From Hamiltosporidium tvaerminnensis FI-OER-3-3 (taxonomy: Eukaryota; Fungi; Microsporidia): DNA of 64,000 nucleotides. A program made the position numbers and the translations under genes. Location: positions 992,001 through 1,056,000 of the forward strand of contig JAKIMF020000001.1 in NCBI GenBank assembly GCA_022605425.2, written 5' to 3'. How positions within the stretch are numbered: the stretch's first letter is position 1; the number at the start of each line of letters is the position of its first letter. Below the pieces are notes generated by a model. The model was not told where the DNA came from and ran no database searches. It saw only the letters and a program-made list of their open reading frames with translations. Of the stretch, positions 1 to 12,004 are shown piece by piece.

Positions 1-46
1 ATTGTTTTCTTGTAAAAATATTTAACAAAATTTTTTAACCCCTTTC

Positions 47-247
47 ATGACAGTTGAAATGAGATTATGTTCTTTTACAGGAAGACCAATAGCATATAAT
101 GACCGTTCAAGTGTTCAAATAACATTAGCAGAATTAGACAGTGAGGGAAAAGCAACTGGAAACACTATTTTTTATGATTGTTGTGGTTCAGTACGAAGGG
201 CAGGTATAATTGACGAGTTACTTTTTAAAAAAGTGGAAGAGGAATAA
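47..247 (+). CDS. RPS21: 40S ribosomal protein S21 (eS21), N-terminally shortened
   Basis: RLCSFTGRPI..NDRSSVQI...G.VRR.G..D matches the eS21 signature; CCCC motif just upstream of the ATG. Confidence 0.93.
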   Translation: MTVEMRLCSFTGRPIAYNDRSSVQITLAELDSEGKATGNTIFYDCCGSVRRAGIIDELLFKKVEEE

Positions 248-301
248 ATTTTTTATTTATTTTTTATTTTTATGCATTTTTTTTTTCTTTAATCCTTATT
301 T

Positions 302-1075
302 ATGACAGAATTAGAGTGTCCATTGTGTAAAAGTGATTCTTATTTAAATCCAAATATTAAAATATATGTAGGTCCGTGTTATCATAAGATGTGTGAGACA
401 TGCTTAACAAGAATATTTGTACATGGACAGGCACCTTGTCCGGAGTGTGGTATTTTATTAAGGAAAGTAAATTTTATGTATCAAACATTTGAAGATATTG
501 AAGTAGAACGAGAATGTAAAATAAGAAAAATGTTGCGTAGAGAATTTTATAGAAGAGAAGAAGATTTTAAGAATGAAATGGAATATAATGATTATTTAGA
601 AGAATTTGAAAATGTTGTAATGGAATTGATGGAATATAAAAACGAGCAAGAAATTAGTAAAAGAATTGAAGAATTTAGATCTTTATATGGAGAAATATCA
701 CGAATAAATTCTGAAAAAGAAAAAAGTGAAATAATTTATGAAGAAGAAATACCAATTATTTTAGAAGAAAGTGATGAAAAATCTAATAAAAAACAGAAAA
801 TTATTGATTTTCAAGATGAAATTGTAAAGAGTGACAAACCGTGTGAACAGATTCTTAAAAATGTCATGAAAATTTCTACTAAAAAATATAGAAATTTAGA
901 AAATGAAATTATCACACATTTCGATCCCTTGGAGGGAATAGAAACTCTTGTTTCTTCTTTGAATAAAAAATGTGAGATTCCTACAGAATTTAAGGTGAAA
1001 TACAACGGAAGTGGGTTTTCATACAATTTAATTATTTTTAAATCTTTGAATTCTTTGTACAATGAAAATATATAA
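302..1075 (+). CDS. TFB3: TFIIH/CAK assembly factor MAT1 (Tfb3)
   Basis: N-terminal C3HC4 RING CPLCKSDSYLNP..CYHKMCETC..CPEC, then QTFEDIEVERE and EYNDYLEEFE typical of MAT1. Confidence 0.95.
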   Translation: MTELECPLCKSDSYLNPNIKIYVGPCYHKMCETCLTRIFVHGQAPCPECGILLRKVNFMYQTFEDIEVERECKIRKMLRREFYRREEDFKNEMEYNDYLEEFENVVMELMEYKNEQEISKRIEEFRSLYGEISRINSEKEKSEIIYEEEIPIILEESDEKSNKKQKIIDFQDEIVKSDKPCEQILKNVMKISTKKYRNLENEIITHFDPLEGIETLVSSLNKKCEIPTEFKVKYNGSGFSYNLIIFKSLNSLYNENI

Positions 1076-1080
1076 ATAAA

Positions 1081-1470
1081 TCTTCTTATTTCTAAAATTT
1101 ATTTTTAAATTTTTCAATCTCTGATTATGTAAAATAAAAATATTCAAATTACATTCTTATTTCTAAAAATATTTTCAATCTTTTCAAATCTCTAATTTCT
1201 GTGTAAATAAAAATATTTGAGACATTCTTAGTTCTAAAAATTATTAAATCTTTTTCAATTCCTGAATTTTTTACTTTGAAAATATTTAAAGACATTCTTA
1301 CTTCTAAAAATTATTAAGTCTTTTTCAATTTTTTTAGATCTCCAATTTTCGTTAAAATATAAATATTTAAATTGGTATTCTTACTTCTAAAATCTTTTCA
1401 AATCTCCTTTTTCTGTTAAAATAAAAATATTTAAAGACATTCTTACTTCTAAAATTTTTTAAATTTTTTT
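1081..1470. repeat. Degenerate tandem repeat, ~60-80 bp unit with core ATTCTTA(C/T/G)TTCTAAAA
   Basis: Core recurs about 6 times (near 1083, 1153, 1224, 1294, 1377, 1439). Confidence 0.7.
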
Positions 1471-1510
1471 TAAACAAATTTATGTTCAAAAATCCAACCG
1501 CTGTTCAAAA

Positions 1511-2008
1511 ATGCTTTTCAAAAGATACAAAAAAAGATTACAAAACAAAAAAGAAGAACCAAAACTACAAAAAATAAAAAATCCAATACAAACAGCAAAT
1601 TTTACAAAGATACAAAGAATTCAACATCTTCTCTCTTCAAACTCAAATGATATGAAAAATATTGCATTTAATTCTATTCTTTTACTTCCAGAAGATTATT
1701 TTAAAACATATTTAGTTATTCTTACACCACAAATTCTTATGAACACCGTTGTTCTTACACAATCACGCTCCAATCTTTCAAATTTTCTTGTTTTTAAAAA
1801 ACTTGTCACTAAAATAGTTAATTCTTCTTTGTTTCCGTCTGTTCATGAAAAATTTTCTAATTATATTAAAATTCTGCCATTTCAACAATCTAAAGTGTTA
1901 GAAGATATTTATCAAAGTAGAAAAAATTATTCTCTCAAAATCTCTCCTATAAACTTCAATGCAAGAATATTTTTAAAAAATAAAAATCTTTTAAAAATTA
2001 GCAATTAA
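1511..2008 (+). CDS. Hypothetical protein, basic N-terminus, helical; weak resemblance to the Ipi1/TEX10 N-terminus
   Basis: 165-aa ATG-initiated ORF; family assignment is speculative. Confidence 0.55.
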   Translation: MLFKRYKKRLQNKKEEPKLQKIKNPIQTANFTKIQRIQHLLSSNSNDMKNIAFNSILLLPEDYFKTYLVILTPQILMNTVVLTQSRSNLSNFLVFKKLVTKIVNSSLFPSVHEKFSNYIKILPFQQSKVLEDIYQSRKNYSLKISPINFNARIFLKNKNLLKISN

Positions 2009-2215
2009 TACAAAAAAAAATGAAATAAAAATGATTTGAGGATTTAAAAAATATATTTTTAAAAAATAAAAATCTTTTAAAAATTAGCAATTAATACAAA
2101 AAAAAATGAAATAAAAATGATTTGAGGATATAAAAAATATATTTTTAAAAAATAAAAATCTTTTAAAAATTAGCAATTAATAAAAAAAAATGATTTGAGG
2201 ATTTAAAAAATATAT
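1966..2215. repeat. Tandem repeat, ~86 bp x ~3, including the stop codon of the 1511..2008 ORF
   Basis: ATATTTTTAAAAAATAAAAATCTTTTAAAAATTAGCAATTAAT...ATGATTTGAGGAT occurs three times. Confidence 0.9.
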
Positions 2216-2446
2216 TCTAGAAAAATAATTTAAGTTTAAAAATAAAAGTGGTAGATTTAAGTAAGGAAATCCATTGAAGGGAAACAATATAATATTAAAT
2301 AAAAATTTATTAAAGAAAAGGAATTATTGAAAAATAAAGAAAAATAAATATTTATTGCTGAATACTTTTAAGTTAAAATTTAAAGATAAACAATTATCTA
2401 TATTTTTGACTTTTTTCTTCATTTAATTTAATAAATATTTATTATT

Positions 2447-4412
2447 TTAAAAGTCATAATTTTCTTTTATTTTTATAAAAAGATCATTTTGATATTTTGT
2501 TTCTCTTCCTTCAAAAATATCTTCTAATATTTTACATGCTATATTTGTGGTCCATTCTTTTTCTTCAAATGATTCTTTAAGTTGTCCAAAGAAATGTCTA
2601 AATCTTAAAAATTCGTCGGTTCTAAATTTAATTATAGTTAATCTTTCTACTAAATAGTCATCAATAGTTTCTTTAACTATTTTCTGTACGTATTTTGATG
2701 AGTGTTCCATGTATTTTTTATATTCTTTTAGTATTTCGTTCATTTCTATTGAAAAAGTTACTAAATTTTTTTCACTGCACGCGTCTATATTTTTGATATT
2801 TTTTAAAATATTTTTTATGTCGTTTATAATTAAGGATTTGATTAATTTTAAATTTTCGTTATTAAATCTTGAAAGCTTAGAAATATCGATATAGAATTTT
2901 TTAATATCGAAACCTTCTTTTTTTTCTAAATCAATTAGAAAATCAGTTTCTTCTTCGTTAATTTTATTTTTCAAATTTTCTATTTCAGAAAAAAATCCAC
3001 AAATAAGATGAATTTCTTGTCTTTTTATATAGCGAAGATTACTTATAAATGTTTCCAAATAAACAAAAATACTGTCAATAATAAATTGAAATGTAATATT
3101 AAATATTATTGGAATTGAAATATCAGAGTCGTTTTTATAAGATTGATTTGAGATTTCATTTTTAGAAAAATTAGAAATTGAAGAATTTGAATCAATTGAA
3201 TATTGAGAATTATTGTTACGAATTAAAGATTTATTTTCTCTTCTAAGATGATTTATGTCTAATAAAACGTATGAATTACAAAAAAGTGTATTTTCCTTTA
3301 AAATTCTAAAATATTCTTTAAACCAACCCAGTGGTGTTTTTTCGTGTGTATTGTACAATTGTTGTGACAAAAATTCTTTTTGTACTTTAATCAGCAATTC
3401 CAAAAGTACTGGAATATCAGAAATCAAATTATACTTTTCTTCAATCGTATTTTGATATTTTAAAAACTCAAGAGAAAAGTGTAGAACAAGACTTCTTTTC
3501 TGCTGACTTTCTAATTTATACAATTCTCTAACTTTTAAACAAATCAAAGTATTTATTTTACAAATTAAATAATTCAAAGTATTTTTTGTAAATTCCTTTT
3601 CAGTTGAAAATAAATTGTTGATTTGTAAATCAGAATTATTTTTTAAATTTTCATCTTTTAATTCTTCAAAATATATTTTTGTATAAATTTGTAATGTTTT
3701 GAAATAACTTTCTATTTTCTTAAGAAGATGTGTAAACATCCATTCTGGTTTATCCAATCTGTTTGTGGATTTTTCAGTTAAGAAATGAAAATAAAAAGAT
3801 TTTTTCAAATCCTGAAAATAATATTCTAGGAATGCAAAATGACATTTCATTTCTTTCAAAATACAATTCGTATTTTACAAGAAATTTTAAATAGAATACA
3901 AGATTATGTATTTCTTTAAGATCGTTAAGAAAATTCTTAATATTTTCAGTTATTAACATAAGTAAATGTTGCTTGTTATATTCTTTATACTTTTTCATTT
4001 CAATTTCTAATTCTTTAAAATTATTTTTATTTGCTTGTTCTTCTAAAGAAGTAAAATTAGAAAAATCGATAAAAATTTTGTAGGTTGGCTTGAAAGAAAT
4101 GCCTGTAATATTCTTTAACAAACTGTTGTATTTCTTTGTAATTTTATATATTTCACGTTTGATCCTTTCTTCTTTATAATTTACAACCATTTCCTTTAAC
4201 TCTTCAAATATAATTGTATATTCTTTATGTTTCTCCACAATATAAATGTATTCGTTGTTTAATATTTTTTGTTTTTGTTGATGTGTTTTTATCTCATCTT
4301 TTATCTTTAAAAGTGCTCCCTGCAAATCCAAATTCTCTGATTCCGCAGCTTTTAGTTTATGCATCAAAGAATTTTCCTTTTGCAATAAATGTTCCATTGA
4401 ATGGGTCGACAT
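2447..4412 (-). CDS. TIP20: RINT1/Tip20 family tethering protein (Dsl1/NRZ complex), split by a +1 frameshift near 3860
   Basis: FYFHFLTEKSTNRLDKPEWMF is the RINT1/Tip20 signature; overlapping ORFs 3774..4493 (coiled coil) and 2447..3859 join into one gene; start at ATG 4412 or the CCC-preceded ATG 4397. Confidence 0.85.
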
Positions 4413-4789
4413 GCATAAATTTAAAAATATTATTCTTTCAATATTTAACCCCTTAATTTTTGAATCCTTAAATAAAATACATTTTTTTAGCATGAAAATC
4501 TGTTAAGAAAAATTTTGGTCTACAAAGAAATAGAAGATGACCTTTAATCAATAGAACTCAAGAAAATGAACCTTTTTTTTAATGTAAAACAGACCTAAGA
4601 AACGTTTTAACTACCAGGTAGGTATTTAATTCGATATTTTGGGAGAGAGGTGACTTTAATCGTTATAGAATACATTATTAATATGATGCAATTCTATTCA
4701 AAAGAAAATGCTTGTTTATAACTATACTAAATATAATAATTGATAGCTTCAGTCACTAGCTCTAATTGAATAAGAGCTTTAGTTTACAA

Positions 4790-5045
4790 AAATAATTTTC
4801 TCGAACTAAGTATGTAGAAATAAGAGCTGATACTAGAATAAAAACTGATGTTAAAATTCGGAATAATAGACCTGATATATTTATATTAGATAAGAAATAA
4901 ATCGTTGTTTATTATCGAGTTGGAAATTACTTCACAAGATTTGCTTCAAATTTTATGATAAAATTAAGAAATTAGGACCCGGGGCCAATGAGTTAAGTCT
5001 TATTTATAAATTTAAAAATGATAAAATTTCTTATGAAATGACGAA
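4790..5045 (+). mobile_element. Degraded fragment of the R4-clade LINE (RLE domain)
   Basis: AGAATAAAAACTGATGTTAAAATTCGGAATAATAGACCTGATATATTT matches 24880-24930. Confidence 0.85.
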
Positions 5046-5249
5046 ATATACTATTTTTTTCAAAATGAAGTAAGGTGCCTTAAAATGTTCCAAATACTAG
5101 TAAGATTGGGTATATACGGGTTAAGTAATGAAAAATTACCTATTTACTTAATCCATTCTTTTTCTACCATTCGGTGTCGAGAATGAACAAATAGAAGCTT
5201 TTTATTTGTTTCTTTTAATTCGTTGTAATTCTTGATTATAGGGGATGGG

Positions 5250-5340
5250 TCTGTATATTCAGTGTGGTTTATATCCAACAAAAACGGTAACAATTATTTT
5301 AACATAATTCTACACTCTATTGTCAGTAGATAGTTTTTAA
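5250..5340 (-). mobile_element. Fragment of the ~740-nt non-coding retroposon family
   Basis: CAGTGTGGTTTATATCCAACAAAAA...ACACTCTATTGTCAGTAGATAGTTTTT resembles 16300-16385. Confidence 0.55.
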
Positions 5341-5966
5341 TACATAATTCTACACTCCATCCGTCTTGGAAAATATTAATTGTATATTTTTTTAGAAAAC
5401 ATAAAAAATTATTTGTAACAATTACATTTAAATATTTAAAGAGACATTGGTAGGGCCAATATGATGATTAGAACGAAGAAGAATATTAAAAACTTAGCAA
5501 TAATGTTTGGAATGAAGAATTTTATTCAACTGAAAATTCAAAAAAAAAATAGAGAATAATCAAGATTATTATTTTTATAGTAGAGGAAGATGAAAGAAAA
5601 TAATTAGTTTAAAGAAAGTATAAAAAAATCAGATATTGTAAACTTAAATACTCATTCTATAAGTACCCTATCTTATTAAAAGCTGGTTTATATTTCTACT
5701 AATAAAGTTGTTTTTTAAAAAAATACTTTAAAATCTATAATTTTCATTAAGAGATTTTATGACACGGCTAATGATTTAAATAAAACTTAAAACAAAAAAA
5801 TTTCATTCAATATTTTTATCATTAGAATTCCTTAAAGAACAAAATATAATTGAAAAAATATTTATTCATTTGAAGTTTCAAACAATTGAATTGATGCAAA
5901 ACACAGATAAAATTTTTAATACATTGTCATTCAAGTTGATTAACGATCTTAAAACCAAAATAAATA

Positions 5967-8939
5967 TTATAAAATCGATACTTCTTTTATAGATTCATTC
6001 TTACTTTTCTTATTACATTTCTTAGACAAAATACGTTTAAATTTATCATCCTTAGTCATACTTTCCAAAACAATACATTCATTCTCATTCAAATTTGATA
6101 TAAAATATTTAAAAACATCATTCAATGAAGGATATTCATAACCTTTATCATAAAATCGTTTTATATTTTTAAAAATTAAATTTTCTTTTTTCATTTTTGT
6201 ACTTAAAGACTTAGAAATTAATATATAGTTATTAATTTTGTTTTGTAAACCTTTTTGTTTTTTTAACGAAATTCTTTTAGCAAATTTTTTATTCAAATTA
6301 TTTTCATTTTGATTACTTTTAAATAATTCTATATTTTTTTCAAGATAAAAAAAAAATCCATTAATAATTGCTTCTTTATTATTAATTCTAATAATTATTT
6401 CTTTTATTATATCAGGAGATGTATAATATAACAAATATGATATCTCGGAAAATATATTTATATTAATTAATTTAAACAAAGAAATTATCAAATTATTAGA
6501 TTTTTCTTTAAGTTTAAAGTTAGTTTGAATCATTTGTTCATTTTTATTTTCTTTGGATTCAATCTCTTCAGAATTTAAAATTTTGAAGGATTCATGTATT
6601 TCATTTTTATTATTCATTAAAAATTTGAGAAGTTTTAGAAAACATTTTGAAAATATATTCTTTAAAACATTTGTGCCATCGAAATATAAAATAATTTTTG
6701 GAAGTTCAATTTTTTCAGGCAAAATATCTTCTTCTAAAATATTTTGAATTTTTTCAACGGTTTCAATTTCAATTGAAGGACTATCAAAAAGTAAATCTTC
6801 AATCAAATTATTATTTAAAGAATTTTCTATTTTCACATTTCCGTATTCTTTAAACAAAATAAGGAAATCAATCAAATATGAAAACTCATTTACATTAAAT
6901 TTTGTTAAATTTAACTCTTTAATTTTTTCATATTTTTCTTTAATTATTAGCCATATAAATCCATAGCATAATGATATTGAATCGTAATTGTTATTTAATT
7001 TTTCAGTAACATCAAAATATTGAATAAACCATTTCATTAAGTTTGAATTATCATTTTGTAAAAATAATTCAAGAAAATTCTGACTCAAATATGAGAATTC
7101 AATTTCAATTTTTTTCATAAAAACCAAAATACTTTCAAGTAAATTTCTATTTAAAATATTATCAAATGAATTCTCGGTTGCTTCCATATTGTTCACTAAA
7201 CTACGATTTTCTTTTTTATTAGCATTTATAGATATCGAAGGTGCTCTAAATTCCGAGTTTTTTGAGTCAAATATATCTTCCATTAATAATGTAGAATTGA
7301 AATTTGATAGGTTTTTACTTTCATCAATATTAATATCTTTACTTTCAGTCTCAGAAATTGTACCATAAAACATAAAAAAAATTTTTTCTATTTCATCATA
7401 AATATTTCTTGTGACTTCGGGATTTTCTTTGAAAACTGACAAATCTATTTTATTAAAGCATTCGATGAGAATTTTTATAATTTTAATTTCATCCTTAAAA
7501 TATTTTAAAAGTTCCAGTAAATTCTTCAATGAATCCCAATTCGGATTTAAAACGGAAAAAAGTATTTTGAAATAACATATTGGTGCTTCTTCACAACAAA
7601 TTTCTTCCTTTTTTCTGATAAAATTAATTTTTTTAATGAAAGGTTGTATTGATTCTACATTTATTTTTGAAATTAAAAATAGAGAAGTATTCCTATAAAT
7701 TTCATGAATATTTGAAATTAAAGTTTCTTCATCAGCAGAAAGTTCCCAATTATTGAAATCTAAATGGAAATCTTCTTTTGCAAGACTTAAATTTTCACAG
7801 AGTGTGGTATTTAAAGAAATTTTATTTTCTTTTTCTTCCTTTTTATTCTCTAATTCATTTTTTTTATATTTTTTTTTAATATTACCTTCAGTTTCTTCTT
7901 CGGAATCTAAAATCGTTATTTTTGATTCATCAAAAGATATTTTTTGTTTTTTATTGAATTCTTCAATATTTTGATTTGACATACTGCCACCTATGCTAAA
8001 ATAAGCCAACTCGTTTATAATATTTACGACAGAAGAATCTACGCAGGAAGTTTTAAGTATTTCAAATAATTTATTTCTTTCAATAAATCCACGTTTATAC
8101 AAACAAATTATAAGAACAACACATTCTGTACGACACACGTTTGATTTATCATATAAAGAAATTTCAATAATTCTTTTCATAAAAATATCTAAAAAATTTA
8201 AAATTACTTGATTGGTTTGTATTTTTTTACTAAAATTTTCCATTCCGTATTCAGAAATACTCACTTTTTTTATTTTAGAAACCGAATATTTTATATTTTT
8301 ATTTTCAATTAATTTAATAATAATTTTTACAGCTTTTTTTCTTAAATTGTCTATTTTATCATTCAAAGCTAATCCTATATATCTCAAATAAGATGGTTTA
8401 ACAAGTACATCATTAACTAAAATCCATTGGCATAAATAATCTAACGAGATACTTCTAATATTAGGATCTATATCTTTTATTCGTTGTAGAAACACTTCTT
8501 TCAAAAGAAAATCACAAGAAACTTTTGTTTTTAAAAATATTTTTATTTTCGAATAAATACAAATTGTAGAAAAAAATCTGATATTTCTTGTTTTTGAAGA
8601 AGTTAAGGAAATAAAAGGTTTGAAATCGGAAATTTTATAAAGAGAAAACAGTTTGGAAATTTTCTTTGAAGATTTTTTGTCGGCTGTTTGTAGCAAACTC
8701 AATAATTCAGATTCTGTAATTGTTTTTGCGAGTGTTCGTACAGGCAAAGAAACCAAAGGATCGTCTTTTTGTGGAATAGAAAGATTTATATCATCAAAAA
8801 TATCCAATTTACTTGATTTTATACCATCAGAAAGTAAAATACTTGTCTCTTCTTCTAAATCTTCATTTATATCTGTTTCTACCATTTCAATAGTTTTTTT
8901 ATTTTCATTTTCTTTCTCCACCATTTTTATGCGGGTCAT
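5967..8939 (-). CDS. SCC3: Cohesin subunit Scc3/STAG family, divergent
   Basis: VFLQRIKDIDPNIRSISLDYLCQWI...SYLRYIGLALNDK matches the stromalin conservative domain; true start possibly the CCC-preceded ATG 8924. Confidence 0.85.
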   Translation of the reverse strand: MTRIKMVEKENENKKTIEMVETDINEDLEEETSILLSDGIKSSKLDIFDDINLSIPQKDDPLVSLPVRTLAKTITESELLSLLQTADKKSSKKISKLFSLYKISDFKPFISLTSSKTRNIRFFSTICIYSKIKIFLKTKVSCDFLLKEVFLQRIKDIDPNIRSISLDYLCQWILVNDVLVKPSYLRYIGLALNDKIDNLRKKAVKIIIKLIENKNIKYSVSKIKKVSISEYGMENFSKKIQTNQVILNFLDIFMKRIIEISLYDKSNVCRTECVVLIICLYKRGFIERNKLFEILKTSCVDSSVVNIINELAYFSIGGSMSNQNIEEFNKKQKISFDESKITILDSEEETEGNIKKKYKKNELENKKEEKENKISLNTTLCENLSLAKEDFHLDFNNWELSADEETLISNIHEIYRNTSLFLISKINVESIQPFIKKINFIRKKEEICCEEAPICYFKILFSVLNPNWDSLKNLLELLKYFKDEIKIIKILIECFNKIDLSVFKENPEVTRNIYDEIEKIFFMFYGTISETESKDINIDESKNLSNFNSTLLMEDIFDSKNSEFRAPSISINANKKENRSLVNNMEATENSFDNILNRNLLESILVFMKKIEIEFSYLSQNFLELFLQNDNSNLMKWFIQYFDVTEKLNNNYDSISLCYGFIWLIIKEKYEKIKELNLTKFNVNEFSYLIDFLILFKEYGNVKIENSLNNNLIEDLLFDSPSIEIETVEKIQNILEEDILPEKIELPKIILYFDGTNVLKNIFSKCFLKLLKFLMNNKNEIHESFKILNSEEIESKENKNEQMIQTNFKLKEKSNNLIISLFKLININIFSEISYLLYYTSPDIIKEIIIRINNKEAIINGFFFYLEKNIELFKSNQNENNLNKKFAKRISLKKQKGLQNKINNYILISKSLSTKMKKENLIFKNIKRFYDKGYEYPSLNDVFKYFISNLNENECIVLESMTKDDKFKRILSKKCNKKSKNESIKEVSIL

Positions 8940-10539
8940 CAAATTTTTATAAAAAAATTAAAATTTTAAAAAAAAACAGAAAAAATATTTAAATGAGTTT
9001 CTGAATAGACTAAAGAATACAAAATAATATAATTGAATTCTTAACTTTTGAATCGGTATTTTATTAGAATTTTATTTGAAATCAAATTTATTTAAATAAA
9101 GGAATTTAATTAACAACTTTGAAGAATATTTAAAAAGTTCTGATGATGTTTTGCTTACCATTTACGATACTATAAATTATATAGGCTTTATATCCCTCAT
9201 ATTATCTATTAATCCTGTGATTATTTTTGGTATAAAAAAAGTTTCCATTTGTTTAAATTTTACTTGATTTACCAGTCATCCCACGAATTTATATGAAATT
9301 TACTAAATATTGTGAAATCCTTGATAATAGGCATTTTTTTGTTATGATTAGATATTATATCTTTTTATATTCAGTAATGTCCCGACCACGATAACGACTC
9401 ATCTAAAATGTTTAAATGGTTCACAAAAACTAAGACACAAATAATAGAATTTCGAACAAGATATGGCTCTTCTAATTTGCTTATAAATCTTACACAACTT
9501 ATAATAGTGAGATGATCTGAACATGAAACAAATGAAATCGTTTAATTAGTCTACAAAAATATTTCAACTAATATTTTAAAACATTTTTCGATTTTAGCTC
9601 TGATTTAAATATCACTACTAAATATATTTTGAAGTTTTTTAAAGAAAAATTCAATCTAATATGTTTTTTTGGAAATTAATTTTAAGCTTTTTTTTAATAG
9701 ATAAGAAATCATATAAAAGAATCATCAAAAAAACCTTTTCGGATTTATTTTGTTCAAATTTGAGTAATAATTTAAGAAAACATTTTTTTGCATAACAAAC
9801 CTTTTGAAAAATTATAGTTGAATAAAAGAATTTAATTGCATAAAGATTTATAGGAGAATATACAACTAATATATTAACTGATATAGCATATGCTAAAAAA
9901 AAGTTTTACAAAACGATCTACGCGGAATAAGATAGAAGTGAATAAAAATAAGTAGTAAGGTAAACAGAATAGACCGTAAACCAAGCTTAAGTTTTAAAAA
10001 AAACTGAGTAAATTAAACAGACGAAGAATATATGTAAAATAAAAAAGATCTTAAATTTTTTTTAAGAAATTTCTGAGGACGCCTCAAAATGTAGATATAA
10101 AAAAAAGAAGAATCTTACCAGAAAACACTTGAGGTAAAAATATTAAACTCCAAATAAAAATTCTAAGAAATCACGAGGTAGCTTATTAATTTTAATCAGA
10201 TAGTCTTTTTTTGTGGAAAATAAAATTAAGTTTGATTTCACGAGTTAACGACTATTTATCACATAAAAAGGGAATTAATTATAATTATTGACATTTCTAT
10301 ATGTAAAATAGAAAGGTAATATAAATCAAATTTGATTCAAATATCATATCTTTGTAGTTTGTTCGAAAAATAAATGAATTCACAGTTCAGTTGATAATTA
10401 TTTTTACTAGAAACTAATTATAAAAATAGTTAAATGAAAAACATTTTATTTTGGATTATAGTCGCTCATATTATGCTTAATCATTATCTCGCTTTATAAA
10501 AAATATGTACGTGTTTGTTAGCAATTTTTTTGGGTGGCT

Positions 10540-11440
10540 AAAAAAAAATCTTAGATTAGATGATAAAGCAGTGTTCTGCTATACTCTGAATAAATAAATA
10601 TTCGAAAAAACAAAAAGATTGCAGCCACATGCAATCAACCTAGGAAAACAGTAGTTTATTTAGAAATAGACACGAAAAAGCCTGGTTATGGCTATACTAG
10701 ACAACAGGATAAAATGATAGATCCATGAAATCATCTCTAATAAATAAATAAAATTTTAAGCCTTCGAAACGAATTACGAGCCGCTCGGTTCAAAAAATTC
10801 TTGATAACAAGTATGCAAAGATAATATTAACCAGCAGGGTAAAAAAACGATCTCAAAATTCGTCAATACTATGCAATATAAATTTATTTGGAACAGGTGG
10901 CAGAATAAGATAACTCTCATTGAAGTATAAATCCCTTTTCAAGATTAACTTCAAATGATTGAAATATAGAATATTAGAAAGTATGATCTTTTCACAAACA
11001 AGTTATGTCTTGTTTATAAATTTAGTGTGGATATAATTCTTTATGCGATGACCAGACGGTATTGTAAAAAAATACCATAAGACGTATGTTTAAGAACTAA
11101 GAATTTCTGGGAATGTAGAGGCATATATTAATTCTATAGTACTCAAGAATATAGTCGAAAAAAATTCTTTTTATCGAAGAAGAAGACATGCATGAATTAA
11201 ATTCCGAAGAAAACTCGAGAGAGCGTAATTTGGGTTTATTGAAGAAACAGGGAAACAAAAACGGCCCCCTTCTACTTTTAAAGAGACTAAATAACGAAAT
11301 AGATGGTTTTTTATAAGTATATTTCAAAAATATTTTACTCTTTATAGATATTGTAACAATTCTAAAGAAACCTATAATATAATAAAAGAAGATTCGGAAT
11401 TACAAAAAAAATGACTAGATTAAACATTTGGAAAATATAT
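10540..11440 (+). mobile_element. Old degraded 3' part of an R4-clade LINE
   Basis: Decayed homology to the CCHC/RLE region (e.g. AGAATAAGATAACTCTCATTGAAGT, TTAGAAAGTATGATCT). Confidence 0.8.
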
Positions 11441-12004
11441 ATGCGAGAGAAAGTTTGCTAATCTATCTTCTAATTTTATGAAACTCCATTTTATATGTTT
11501 CAATTTGAGGTGAAGAAGGTTAACACATTAAAAACCGTTTATTTAGAAATGAATGAATTAGAATAGAACTAAAAGTATATATTGAATTTTTGATGGACTA
11601 TAAAAGATCTTAGATCCAAAGGCAGATTCATTTTAATCCTGGATCAGAACAAATAAAAAGATAAAATGGTAATGGATACTATTTCAAAAATCAATGTAAG
11701 GGCGTGAAAATTAGGCCAAAACTTAGGAACGCAAAAGCAAAAAACTGTCTGGTAAGATACAGAACTTGTGAATATGGAAATGGTACGAGAATTTCTCACT
11801 GGTAGTGCATAAAAGAAGAGAGACCTGATTGATGTTTGAAATTATCAAAGAGATATTCGATTTGTGTTCAAATTCTTAATCTTTGACGCAGAGAAATAGA
11901 GAAAACTAAAATTGGTAATATATGTTTGAACCTGGTGAAAATTAAAAAAAGCAAAGAATTAAATATTTATTTAATAAATAATGTTTGGGCAAACCTAAAA
12001 TATA

